Below, piece after piece: positions 9,962 to 20,335 of a stretch of DNA of 64,000 nucleotides. The position numbers and the translations under genes are program-made. Positions within the stretch are counted from its first letter, which is position 1. Every line of letters begins with the position of its first letter. Below the pieces are notes generated by a model. That model had not been told where the DNA came from and made no database searches. It was given only the letters and a program-made list of their open reading frames with translations. The DNA comes from Sulfurovum sp. TSL1 (GTDB taxonomy: Bacteria; Campylobacterota; Campylobacteria; Campylobacterales; Sulfurovaceae), in assembly GCF_019972135.1 (NCBI RefSeq), contig NZ_BPFI01000001.1:43106-107105 (forward strand), read 5' to 3'.

Positions 9962-10455
9962 CGAGACGGAAGATAAAATCTACCCTCAAAGAGATCACTA
10001 TAGCCCTGGTACTTTTGTTTATAGTGAGTCAACTCATCAGTTATATTCGTGCACCTGATCTGGGGTCAAGCCAGTTGCCACAGATTGAAGCAACACTTGT
10101 AGATGGCAGTACTTTTATCGTTAAGAAGGGGGAACCGTTACTTATCCACTTTTGGGCTATTTCCTGTCCGGTCTGTAAACTTGAAGCACCCAATATAGAA
10201 ACGGTATCCAAAGAGCATGAAGTGTTGACTATTGCTGTCAATTCAGGAAGTAATGAAAATATACAAGCGTATATGCAAGAGCATGGATTGCATTTTAAAG
10301 TGCTCAATGATACAGAGGGTTTTTGGTCAAAGGCATTTAAAATAGAGGTATTCCCAACAACATTCATTTATGATGCAAAAGGTAAGTTGAGGTTTACAGA
10401 AGTCGGCTACACGACAACTGCAGGATTGTTAGCCCGGTTGGAATGGGCAGAATAA
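9958..10455 (+). CDS. TlpA-like membrane-anchored thiol:disulfide oxidoreductase (redoxin)
   Basis: N-terminal TM anchor and CPVC active site in a thioredoxin-fold context. 4-bp overlap with the upstream gene. Confidence 0.65.
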   Translation: MTRRKIKSTLKEITIALVLLFIVSQLISYIRAPDLGSSQLPQIEATLVDGSTFIVKKGEPLLIHFWAISCPVCKLEAPNIETVSKEHEVLTIAVNSGSNENIQAYMQEHGLHFKVLNDTEGFWSKAFKIEVFPTTFIYDAKGKLRFTEVGYTTTAGLLARLEWAE

Positions 10456-10622
10456 GAGAAATACACTACATTATCTTTACTGATGAGCGTTTGTATGTAC
10501 TTTAGTATAGGAGCGTTCCTCTCCCTTATCAGCGAAGGTATCCACTCTCAAAAAGCATTACCTGTTTAAGTAAATCATACTATAATTTTGACCATGATGT
10601 TATAGCCTATATAAGGAAGCAG

Positions 10623-11402
10623 ATGGAACTTTCATCAAAACTGACACTGGAAATGTTAGGTAAACCTTTTTTGCTCGAGAAGCGTATAGAACTGCTCCAT
10701 GCCATAGAAAAGTATGGCTCGATCTCTAAAGCGGCGAAGGCTGTACCGATGAGTTATAAAAGTGCATGGGAAGCAGTGGATACGATGAACTCTCTTTCCC
10801 CGCAGCCGATCGTCTGTAGAGAGACAGGCGGAAAAGATGGTGGCGGTACGACCATTACTGCCTATGGCAAAAGGCTTTTATCAAATTATGCACTGCTTAA
10901 AGAAGAACATGATCGTTTTTTAAAAAGGTTATCAGAGGCAACAGATATCCAAAGCGGTGCATTTGAGACCATTGAAAGACTTGCCCTGCAAATCTCTGCA
11001 CGCAATCAAATACAAGCTGAGGTTGTGTCTGTGGAATCTGAAAATGTGAATGCAAAAATACGCCTAAAGATGAAAAGTGGGCAAGAACTGGTATCTGTCA
11101 TTACCAAAGAAGCAGTAGAGAACTTGCAGATTGAAAAGCATCAAACGGTTACAGCGATATTTAAATCCAGTACAGTACTACTCTCACGGGACAACGATGC
11201 AAAGCGAGCAGAAAATAGACTGAAAGGTACGGTCACAACCATAGACAAAGATATAGAAAATGCCAAGGTAGTCATGGATATAGGCAATCATGACAGTATC
11301 GTTTCAGTGATGCCTGTAAGTGTTTTGGAAGGGATGGAAATTCATGAAGGCAGTGTCGTGACGGCTATGATAAAAGCAAATGATGTGATGTTAGGAAGAT
11401 AA
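10623..11402 (+). CDS. modE: Molybdate-responsive transcriptional regulator ModE (HTH + two TOBE/Mop domains)
   Basis: N-terminal ModE-type HTH (GSISKAAKAVPMSYKSAWEAV) followed by two Mop-like repeats. Confidence 0.7.
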   Translation: MELSSKLTLEMLGKPFLLEKRIELLHAIEKYGSISKAAKAVPMSYKSAWEAVDTMNSLSPQPIVCRETGGKDGGGTTITAYGKRLLSNYALLKEEHDRFLKRLSEATDIQSGAFETIERLALQISARNQIQAEVVSVESENVNAKIRLKMKSGQELVSVITKEAVENLQIEKHQTVTAIFKSSTVLLSRDNDAKRAENRLKGTVTTIDKDIENAKVVMDIGNHDSIVSVMPVSVLEGMEIHEGSVVTAMIKANDVMLGR

Positions 11403-11482
11403 AAATAAGTGAGATATGATCAGTATGGACGATGCGCAGGGTTCTACTGCACCTATCATGCATAGGGAGGAGCAAGTTGTTC

Positions 11483-14113
11483 TTATGCAGCTCCCCGGAT
11501 GATCCTCTCCTCAAAATAGGTTTGAAAGAGATGGTTCAAAGCTTCAAGGTCTATAGGTTTTGAAAGGTAACTATCCATACCGGCACTCATATATTTTTCT
11601 CTATCTCCCGCAAGTGCATTGGCAGTCAATGCAACGATCGGAATATGTGCTTTATGGTTTTTCCTTTCATAGCTGATGATCTGACCTGTTGCTTCCATAC
11701 CACCCATGACAGGCATTTCGATATCCATGAATATCAAGTCATACTCATTTTTCATACGCTGTTCAAGTGCCTCTTGTCCATTATTCGCGATGGTGACCTC
11801 TATACCGAGTCGACCGAGTACATTGAGTATCAGCTTTTGGTTGATCTTATTATCTTCTGCAACCAGCACATGTACATTTTTAAAGGCAAGATTCTCTTTC
11901 TTCTCTGAACTATCCTCTTTATCATTCAGCATTCGAAGTGTTTTTGTAAAGTTCACAGGCTTATAGAGTATCTTATCTATTCGTGATGTGTATCGCTTGA
12001 GATTTTTTTTCTGGTCTCCTGTGGATATCACAATGATCTTTGTATCAAGGTCAAGGAACGGTTGAAGTTCGTCATCTCTCTGACGGAATTTATGGTCAAT
12101 AAAAAGAATATCAGGGAGTTGAGAGGTACCTTTTAATGCCAAGAGTGATTCATCGGTATAACGCTTGATAGTGGCTCCGGTGTAAGCGATATAGGTTTCA
12201 AGGTTTTTATTGATATAGTACTCTGTATCGAGATGTGAATTAAGAATACCAACGGTGCAGGCACTCATATCCTCTACTTCTCTTTGTACCGCGCTCTTAG
12301 GTTTTTTCAGTGTCAGGGTGAAATAGAAGGTAGAGCCTTCATCTTTGACACTTCGAATGCTCAGTTTCCCTCCCATATGGTCTATGAATTTACCTGATAT
12401 AGAGAGTCCCAGACCCGTACCTCCGTACTGTCTGCTTGTACTGACATCTGCTTGTGAAAATGCCTCAAATATTTTTCCCTGTTGCTCCTTGGTAAGACCG
12501 ATACCTGTATCAGACACTTCAAAATTGACGTTTACTTTATCCTCATCCTCAAAGAGCTTTTTGATCGATACACTTACTTCACCGTTTGTAGAAGTGAATT
12601 TAATGGCATTACTGACAAGGTTCACGATGACCTGAGAGATCTTCGTAGGATCCCCTATCAGCAGTGTAGGCAGTGTCGGATCCAAAAAGATGTTAAAGTC
12701 AATATGGTTTTCAGCCGCTTTGGCCGCATAGGATTCAACCGCTGATTCAAAGGTATCTACCGGATCGAATTCTATGGCTTCGAGTTCTATTTTCTGTGCT
12801 TTGATCTTGGAGAGATCAAGAATATCATTGACGATGGTCAGAAGATTGTCGGAACTCTTCTCTATCACTGAAATAAATTCAGCTTGTTCCTCTGAAACAT
12901 CTGTCTCTTTGAGTAATTGTGTAAATCCAAGAATACCGTTGAGAGGGGTACGTATCTCATGGGACATACTGGCAAGAAAGAGGTCTTTGGTCTGATTCCC
13001 GTCTTTAATGGTCTTGAGCAAAAAACGATAGATATGATCCACCTTACCGTTACGGATCAATCTATGAAGCTCATTTTGTTGGTTTTCATTCAGTACCAGT
13101 TTGATATCTCTTAAGGTCTCCTCGGAGATCTGTGTATCATTTTCTATCTTGGAAACTAAACTGAAAAGTTTAAGCAGTACAAGCAATAAGATAACTGTTG
13201 CCCCTCCATACCATGCCAGAATCTCTCCGTGTTGCGTGACGGTTTCTTTATTGATCGCTTGGATCTGATGACGCAGTAGGGATTGTACTTTGTTGAAATA
13301 ATCCATTTTTATATCTATCTGGTTTGACCAACCAAGAGGGGAGACTGAGTATCTTCCTGATCTTGATTCATAGGAGATCATGTCGCGTGCTTCAGACATG
13401 ATAGTGTTGAACTTTTCCACAGAAAGCAGTTCGCTGAGTTTTAAGGCTACGGCACTGTCTGCAAGGGTATAAAACTGGGGTAAGGTATCTTTGTGTATCA
13501 ATTGCTCCCAAAATTCTCTCTCTTTATCACTTATGCTTCTGGATCCAAGTAAGATAGAAGAGATCAGTATATGTTCCTGTACAGTGTTCTCCTTCAGTGC
13601 CGTATACTTTTGGTACATCATCAGATAACTTTTCTTTTCCTCAGACCTTTCTGCAGCAGTAACTTCCTGCACTATCTGGAACAATGGATTAAAGACCTTA
13701 TCATGGTAGATCTCGCTAGCGTTATCATGTAAATCATCTACATCTCGACGCACCAGTTCTAACGCTTCAGTAGCCTGCTTGATATAGGTACGATAGCGTG
13801 TAAACTGATCGTCCTGTTTGGTAAATGCATCAAACTCCAATAGATATTGATCGGTCTTCAACCTTGACTCTTTGAGTTTTTTTAAGTCTTCTTTGTTCTG
13901 TGTGACCAGGTAGGTAGCACTCTGTACTCTTTCCTCTATCATATGTTTCATAACTGACTCAAAATGTTTTACAAACGAAGAAACCTCCGCACTGTTCTGT
14001 GCCGTTGCATATCTTTGATAAGAGAGATAGGTATAATACGATGTCACTCCTGATATCCCTATAAGGATAAGTATAAGCAGAGTGAGTATTAATTTGTTTT
14101 TCAATATCTTCAT
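11483..14113 (-). CDS. Hybrid sensor histidine kinase/response regulator
   Basis: N-terminal TM plus large sensor region. HisKA SHEIRTPLN, HATPase G-boxes, C-terminal receiver (VLVAEDNKINQ...DLIFMDIEMPVMGG). Confidence 0.85.
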   Translation of the reverse strand: MKILKNKLILTLLILILIGISGVTSYYTYLSYQRYATAQNSAEVSSFVKHFESVMKHMIEERVQSATYLVTQNKEDLKKLKESRLKTDQYLLEFDAFTKQDDQFTRYRTYIKQATEALELVRRDVDDLHDNASEIYHDKVFNPLFQIVQEVTAAERSEEKKSYLMMYQKYTALKENTVQEHILISSILLGSRSISDKEREFWEQLIHKDTLPQFYTLADSAVALKLSELLSVEKFNTIMSEARDMISYESRSGRYSVSPLGWSNQIDIKMDYFNKVQSLLRHQIQAINKETVTQHGEILAWYGGATVILLLVLLKLFSLVSKIENDTQISEETLRDIKLVLNENQQNELHRLIRNGKVDHIYRFLLKTIKDGNQTKDLFLASMSHEIRTPLNGILGFTQLLKETDVSEEQAEFISVIEKSSDNLLTIVNDILDLSKIKAQKIELEAIEFDPVDTFESAVESYAAKAAENHIDFNIFLDPTLPTLLIGDPTKISQVIVNLVSNAIKFTSTNGEVSVSIKKLFEDEDKVNVNFEVSDTGIGLTKEQQGKIFEAFSQADVSTSRQYGGTGLGLSISGKFIDHMGGKLSIRSVKDEGSTFYFTLTLKKPKSAVQREVEDMSACTVGILNSHLDTEYYINKNLETYIAYTGATIKRYTDESLLALKGTSQLPDILFIDHKFRQRDDELQPFLDLDTKIIVISTGDQKKNLKRYTSRIDKILYKPVNFTKTLRMLNDKEDSSEKKENLAFKNVHVLVAEDNKINQKLILNVLGRLGIEVTIANNGQEALEQRMKNEYDLIFMDIEMPVMGGMEATGQIISYERKNHKAHIPIVALTANALAGDREKYMSAGMDSYLSKPIDLEALNHLFQTYFEERIIRGAA

Positions 14114-14607
14114 GTTAATCCTTTTAGCAGCTTCTGCTACGATAAAGTGTTCGTGGTATGAGTATCAATAAAGAGGATTGAGATATAGGTTTGATGGTAT
14201 TTCTGAGACTATGATTCATAGAAGACCCCTTTATTATTCTTTAAAAGTATTGAAGCATAAAGTGTAGATAGAATTACGTAGAATAGTCCATAGGTATATT
14301 CTATTGTGTAGTCTGGCGATCTTTTTTATAAAGACCCATGACTTTCTGCCCTTGTTTCACAACAAGTTTAGCTTTTCAATCTTTTTACCTTCATGGATTA
14401 TACTCAGTAAAGATTTAAAAAGAGTTATAAGTGATCATTTTAATTTGTGATTGAAATCATTCAGTAGAGAAGATGTCAAATAAAACCATATAGTTTGTCA
14501 GTAAAGATCGGGGTTGAAATGATTTAGACCGTGTATAGTAGTGCTTTTATGGGCTACATTAAAACAAATAGAGTAAAATGTCGATACTGATAGAGCAAAG
14601 GAAAAAA

Positions 14608-15147
14608 ATGAGCATAGATAGAGTATTGATGGATAGAAGCGGAGGGAAATGTGAGTTGTGCGGTTCTGAAGAGGGACTTACGGCTTACGTAGTGGCACCA
14701 AAAGATGAGGCTATTGTGATCTGTAGTACCTGTGCAGCCTCCATAGATGATCCGACAAAGGATGAAAAACATTGGAACTGTCTGCATGACAGTATGTGGA
14801 GTACTGAGCCTGCAGTACAGGTCGTGGCATTCAGACTTTTGACTCAACTGGGTGCACAGGACCAGCTTGACATGATGTATCTTGAGGAGGATGTAAAAGC
14901 ATGGGCAGAGGAAGGTTTAGCCACTGAAGCACAAGAACCTACACGTGATGCCAATGGTACGATCTTGCAAGAGGGTGATTCTGTGAGCATCATCAAAGAC
15001 CTTCCGGTAAAAGGTGCAGGTTTTACCGCTAAGCAGGGAACGACTGTGAAAAATATCCGCATGGTACCGGGTGACCCTACCCATATACAAGGTCGTGTGA
15101 ACGGGACAATGATCTTTATCATTTCGGCATTTTTAAAGAAACTGTAG
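14608..15147 (+). CDS. phnA: PhnA-family zinc-ribbon protein (YjdC/PhnA-like)
   Basis: N-terminal CxxC...CxxC zinc ribbon. C-terminal GDSVSIIKDLPVKGAG...VKNIRMVPGD matches the PhnA C-domain. AAGGA SD before ATG at 14608. Confidence 0.6.
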   Translation: MSIDRVLMDRSGGKCELCGSEEGLTAYVVAPKDEAIVICSTCAASIDDPTKDEKHWNCLHDSMWSTEPAVQVVAFRLLTQLGAQDQLDMMYLEEDVKAWAEEGLATEAQEPTRDANGTILQEGDSVSIIKDLPVKGAGFTAKQGTTVKNIRMVPGDPTHIQGRVNGTMIFIISAFLKKL

Positions 15148-15217
15148 TATTTTTTGTTGATATCACTATAAGTTACATAACAAACCAATAATTTAAGACG
15201 TTCAATAAGGATACACC

Positions 15218-18200
15218 ATGATGAGGATCATTAACTATTTTATAGAGAATAAAAGTCTTAATTATGTATTGCTCATTTTTATCCTTTTTTTAGGCATAAA
15301 CTCTTATTACAATATCCCCAAAGAACTTTTCCCTGAAATCGCCTTGGATAAGATCGCGATCAGGGGTGCTTATGCAGGTGCCAGTGCTGACAATCTTGAT
15401 AAAATGGCAGTGCGTGATATCGAAGATGAACTGGGCAACATACAGGGGATAGAGAAGATCGAGACCGTGATCAAATCAGGTACTTTTTCTATCGTTCTTG
15501 ATCTCAATGATGGCGCAGACAAAATAGATGCTCTCAATAAAGCCAAAGATGCCATCGCACGCAGCCGACAATATCTTCCTTCGGATATGACCGAACCAAC
15601 GGCAGAGCTGCTGATGCACAACCGGCCGCTTATCAGACTTTCTCTCTCCTCTGAGCATATGACCAAAGGCCAATTGATAGAAACGGCCAAAGAGGTAAAA
15701 TCCAAAATTGCCAGAAATCCTTATGTCAGTGAAGTACAGATCTACGGTGATGCAGATCAGGAGGTTTCCGTACAGATCAATGAAGAGGCTGTAAGAGCCT
15801 ATGGTTTGGACCCGGCTACGCTGATCGATGCCATCTCAAAAACCTCTTATATCTATCCCATAGGGGATATCAAGCAAAGTGGCAATTATATTTTCCTCTC
15901 TACAGTACACGGTAAAGACAACAAAGAAGAGTGGGAATCAGCACTGATTAAAATAGGAGAGAAGCAGGTGAGGCTCGGTGATGTTGCCCAGGTCGACATC
16001 ACTTACCCTCAAGATACAACACTTTCGACGTTTAATGGACGGAACAACATTACCTTGGTCATCTCAAAAGGGCCTGAGGGAAATGCGATACATATTTCCA
16101 GAGACCTGCAAACCTATGCCAAAGAACAACTCTCCAAAGAGTTCCCGGATGTCTATTTTGATTTTTACCAGGACAGCTCAAAACCCGTCGAAGACCGGCT
16201 CAATACGGTCATATCCAACCTGATGTTTGGACTGGTTCTGGTATTCCTCTCTATGGCATTGCTGATCAATGTGCGTATCGCATCTATTGTGGCGATGGGT
16301 ATCCCTATCTCTTTTGCCATAGGGATCATGTTCCTTTACTTTACGGGGTACTCTATCAATATTGTTTCCCTGCTTGGAGGGCTGATCGTCATCGGTATCG
16401 TGGTAGATGATGCGATCGTTGTTTCTGAGAACATCCAGCGTCATCTCAATGAGGGTATGGAGAGAAAAGAGGCTGTCTATCAAGGACTCAAAGAGATGGT
16501 ATTACCTGTAACTTTGGCAACATTGACAACCATCGCTGCTTTTCTTCCTCTGTTCATGCTCACCGGAGAGATCAAAAACTTCATTATTCTTATTCCTATT
16601 ACCGTGATCATGATCCTTTTGGGATCTCTTCTTGAAAGTTTTTTCTTTCTACCCTTACATGCGGACGAGTTTCTCAAAAAGCAGAAGAACTTTATCAATT
16701 GGGAACCCCTGCAGGAAAAGTATGAAGCGTTACTGCATCTTGTGATCCGTTTTAAATATATCTTTTTATTTACTTTTGTCATAGTAATACCTATTTTGAC
16801 CGTACTCACGATCAAGATGCTCAATTTTCAGTTTTTCCCTGGTTTTGATGGTAACTATCTCTATATTACAGGGAAAAGCAATATGGATACGACCATTGAA
16901 GAGACAGATAAGATAGCCAAAGAGTTGGAAAAGTATGTACTTTCAAAAAAAGAGACCTACGCACTTAAATCCACTTCTACCGTTGTAGGGTACAGAAGGT
17001 CTCTTGCCGGTGCAGATGAAAATGGAGACAATATGCTCTATATCACGATGGAGCTTTATGATATGGAGCCTCAAAGTTTCATTGATGCCTATATCAATCC
17101 TATTTTGAATTTTAGTTTTATGTTCAACGATCCTGAAAAGATCAGAAAGAAACATACCTATGACCTTGCACAGGATCTGCGAAAAGAGATCGCTCCTATG
17201 ATGAAAAAGTATCAGCTTGAAGAGCTTGGAGTCCTTGAAGACAAACCCGGCCTGATCAAAAATGACATAGAGATCAACCTTTCGGGCAAAGACGCTGAAC
17301 AGATCGTAGACGCCATGACAAGGATTGAAGAGGAGCTTTCAGCCATTCCGTATGTGAAAGATGTAGGGAACAATGCACAGCTTGGAAAGATGGAGTACAA
17401 GTTGCGTATCAATGCCTATGGTGAACAATTGGGCATGAGTGAAGTAGGCATAGCACAGACCCTTTCGGGCTATTTTCTTGACAGCCGCAAAGCGATGACC
17501 TTTAGTCAGAACGGTGTCATGGAGATCAGAACAAAATCCATAGTGAAGGATGCTGAAAAAACCTTAATGAACTTTATGATCCCTACACCATCTGGAAGCG
17601 TGGTAAAATTGACCGATGTTGTGGATATCGAAAAGGTCCAGGCGTATGAAAAGATCGAAAAAAGAGATGGCAATACAGTCAAGTCTGTCTTTGCGAACAT
17701 AGATAAGAAAAAGACGACGGCTGTGGATGTGCTTAAGAAGATCAGGCCTTTGCTTGATACGATCCGGGATGAAGGCATTGATGTCAGTCTTTTGGGAGAA
17801 CAGGAAAAGAACCAGCAATTTAAAAATGATATGATACGCTCTTTGATCATCGCAGTCTTTTTGATCTTGATCACACTGCTTTTTATCTTTCCTAAGGTCC
17901 GTTATGCATTGATGGTCATGTCGGTCATACCTTTCAGTTTACTGGGTGCACTGGTAGGGCACATGCTGATCGGGATCAACCTTTCCATGCCTTCGGTCAT
18001 AGGTATGTTGGGGCTCGCCGGGGTTGTGATCAATGACGGTATCATTATGCTTGATTTCCTGCATGGCACGCATAATGCAGAGACATTCTATGAAAGGGCA
18101 AAGCTAAGGCTCCGTCCCATTTTGATCACTTCGATCACTACATTCCTTGGACTCTTTACCCTGATCTTTTATGCAACAGGACAGGCAGTGATCCTTCAGC

Positions 18201-18313
18201 CTATTGCTATCTCGATAGGATTTGGTCTGATCTGGGGTACGGTCTTGAACCTCGTTTACCTGCCGTCATTATATGCCGTGGTCAATAAGATCCAACCGGT
18301 AAGAGAGAGTTAG
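15218..18313 (+). CDS. RND-family efflux transporter permease (AcrB/AcrD/AcrF family)
   Basis: 1031-aa protein with two 6-TM bundles, each following a large periplasmic loop. Typical RND architecture. Confidence 0.8.
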   Translation: MMRIINYFIENKSLNYVLLIFILFLGINSYYNIPKELFPEIALDKIAIRGAYAGASADNLDKMAVRDIEDELGNIQGIEKIETVIKSGTFSIVLDLNDGADKIDALNKAKDAIARSRQYLPSDMTEPTAELLMHNRPLIRLSLSSEHMTKGQLIETAKEVKSKIARNPYVSEVQIYGDADQEVSVQINEEAVRAYGLDPATLIDAISKTSYIYPIGDIKQSGNYIFLSTVHGKDNKEEWESALIKIGEKQVRLGDVAQVDITYPQDTTLSTFNGRNNITLVISKGPEGNAIHISRDLQTYAKEQLSKEFPDVYFDFYQDSSKPVEDRLNTVISNLMFGLVLVFLSMALLINVRIASIVAMGIPISFAIGIMFLYFTGYSINIVSLLGGLIVIGIVVDDAIVVSENIQRHLNEGMERKEAVYQGLKEMVLPVTLATLTTIAAFLPLFMLTGEIKNFIILIPITVIMILLGSLLESFFFLPLHADEFLKKQKNFINWEPLQEKYEALLHLVIRFKYIFLFTFVIVIPILTVLTIKMLNFQFFPGFDGNYLYITGKSNMDTTIEETDKIAKELEKYVLSKKETYALKSTSTVVGYRRSLAGADENGDNMLYITMELYDMEPQSFIDAYINPILNFSFMFNDPEKIRKKHTYDLAQDLRKEIAPMMKKYQLEELGVLEDKPGLIKNDIEINLSGKDAEQIVDAMTRIEEELSAIPYVKDVGNNAQLGKMEYKLRINAYGEQLGMSEVGIAQTLSGYFLDSRKAMTFSQNGVMEIRTKSIVKDAEKTLMNFMIPTPSGSVVKLTDVVDIEKVQAYEKIEKRDGNTVKSVFANIDKKKTTAVDVLKKIRPLLDTIRDEGIDVSLLGEQEKNQQFKNDMIRSLIIAVFLILITLLFIFPKVRYALMVMSVIPFSLLGALVGHMLIGINLSMPSVIGMLGLAGVVINDGIIMLDFLHGTHNAETFYERAKLRLRPILITSITTFLGLFTLIFYATGQAVILQPIAISIGFGLIWGTVLNLVYLPSLYAVVNKIQPVRES

Positions 18314-20190
18314 AGTGTTTTTGGCTCCGTCTCTTCTTTTGTAAATTCATTTTGTTTTTTTTGGGATTCCTTGTTTTTGATATGCAGGTCCATTTGTGGG
18401 AAAGGTATCTCAATATGGTGTTTGTTGAGCGTTGCATAAATGAATTTCAAGAAATCTGATTTTGTCCCCGAAGGTTTCAGGGTTGATTGTCCTCTGACCC
18501 AGACAATAAGTTCGTAATCTACTGAACTTGATCCCATAGCGGTCATCCAGATCAGAGTAGGATATTTAGCATTTTTTTTCACATAATTGATATCACTGCT
18601 TCTCAGCTCTTCCAGGATCACTTTTTCCACTTTGTCATTGCTGGTTCCATACGCAACAGAGAAGGGGATATGTATACGTCTGATATCATTCTCCAACGTC
18701 CAGTTGATGACATTGTTTTGGATAAAAGAGGAGTTGGGGATGACGACATCAATGTTGTCATTGGTCGTAACGGTGGTTGAACGCATTCTCATATCACTGA
18801 CCGTACCCCGGATGGTATCTGATATCTCTATATAATCTCCCAAACGGATAGTACGTTCAAACATCAAAATGATACCCGCCGCAAAATTGGAAACAAGTGT
18901 TTGGAGACCAAAACCGATACCGATAGAAAGTGCCCCTGCAACCAGTCCAAGATTGGAAAGATCCAATCCGATACTTTTCAGTGCAAACAATAATGTGATA
19001 AATACAAGAATATAATAGCCGGCATTGGAGATCGCTTTTGCGGATGAAATTGAGATCTTTTCACGCTGTGTAGCGAGATTAAGGATCTTCCGTTTGTAGA
19101 ATGCAGCGATCATAAATCCAAAAATTATGATCAAAATGACTTTGAGAATATCGAGGGTTGAAATACCCCTTTCATTAAAGACAAAAAGGGCTTCTGTGAG
19201 CTTGCCATAGGTGAAATCATAGATACTTTCAGCACTCTGCTCTACATTGGAGAGTGCCAGTGCCACATTGCCAGCCACTTCTTGGAATACTGTTTTGAGA
19301 ATAGTGCGCTTGATTGTATAGTAGTCAATGAGGTCCGGTGTGAGTCTCTGCAATGCTTCTGTATCCGAATTGAAAAGGTCGAGGGCTTTTTGGGTCTCTT
19401 TTTTTTGTAGATAAGCCAGAGAAAGCATGAGGGTTTGATCGATCTTTGTGGTGATGAGACTCATCATATCCATATCGTTGCGAAGAAATTTTTTACTTAA
19501 TGCATCAGAGATCGTTTCACGAACGATCAGTTCACGTTCTTTTGACAGTTTGAGTGCAACGGCTTCCTGTTCTACGGGAGAAAATTTTGCATTGATCCGG
19601 GTGAGTTTTTTTTCGAGAGCCGGAATATCAAAGATAACCTGGTCCAGTTTCTGTTTGAAGCGCTCTTCTCCCTGGATCAGTAATTTCTCATAGGCTTGTA
19701 TCGTTTGTTTCTGATGGTCTCCTTTAAGCTTATAAAATGCATACTGCAACTGGTATAGCAGCAGGTTTCTTTTATCTTCAACGGTAATGTCATTGATGCT
19801 TTTTTTCAAATAATGACGTTTGGATTGCATAGCAGATTGTTCTTTTTTTAACGTATCGATCGTTGCATACATATCGGTAAGTGCATTAAGATAGGATTCA
19901 TAGTTTTCACTGCTGATATTTTCATCATCAGGCAGAAGTGAATCTGGCATAGGATCTACCTTCAGGGTAAAGGAGAGCATATTTTCAAGTTTTCCCAAGA
20001 TCATACGCTCAGTAGCGATGCGTTCTGTATCTTCTTTTGTTTGATTCTGCTCTGATGTTTGTGCCGTTTCAATACGCTTTGCGATCTCTTTATAATAGTT
20101 TATGGTATTGTTGCCGTCATAGAGTTTTGTATCTATTTCAGCAGAGCACAAAGAGAGAGATAGAGACAACAGTAGTAGGAATGATTTCAT
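18310..20190 (-). CDS. Mechanosensitive ion channel (MscS family, MscK-like with large N-terminal periplasmic coiled-coil domain)
   Basis: Signal peptide, long helical periplasmic region, 3-4 TM helices, MscS beta-domain motif IRLGDYIEI...TVTTNDNIDVVIPNS. Confidence 0.75.
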   Translation of the reverse strand: MKSFLLLLSLSLSLCSAEIDTKLYDGNNTINYYKEIAKRIETAQTSEQNQTKEDTERIATERMILGKLENMLSFTLKVDPMPDSLLPDDENISSENYESYLNALTDMYATIDTLKKEQSAMQSKRHYLKKSINDITVEDKRNLLLYQLQYAFYKLKGDHQKQTIQAYEKLLIQGEERFKQKLDQVIFDIPALEKKLTRINAKFSPVEQEAVALKLSKERELIVRETISDALSKKFLRNDMDMMSLITTKIDQTLMLSLAYLQKKETQKALDLFNSDTEALQRLTPDLIDYYTIKRTILKTVFQEVAGNVALALSNVEQSAESIYDFTYGKLTEALFVFNERGISTLDILKVILIIIFGFMIAAFYKRKILNLATQREKISISSAKAISNAGYYILVFITLLFALKSIGLDLSNLGLVAGALSIGIGFGLQTLVSNFAAGIILMFERTIRLGDYIEISDTIRGTVSDMRMRSTTVTTNDNIDVVIPNSSFIQNNVINWTLENDIRRIHIPFSVAYGTSNDKVEKVILEELRSSDINYVKKNAKYPTLIWMTAMGSSSVDYELIVWVRGQSTLKPSGTKSDFLKFIYATLNKHHIEIPFPQMDLHIKNKESQKKQNEFTKEETEPKTL

Positions 20191-20335
20191 GGAAATGTCA
20201 CTTTTTTTCAGATTATAACATATCTGTGACGGGAAGATTCATCGAATCATCTTCTCTTTATAAATGAGATGTAAAAGGTCAAGAAGTATGCTTTATGATA
20301 GTATACTCATAGACATATCATTTTGAGGAGTTTAC

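Noticed and set aside
11645-12995. Multiple 65-96-aa plus-strand ORFs inside the hybrid histidine-kinase gene
   Set aside because: All lie inside an 876-aa gene with complete HisKA/HATPase/REC domains on the other strand.
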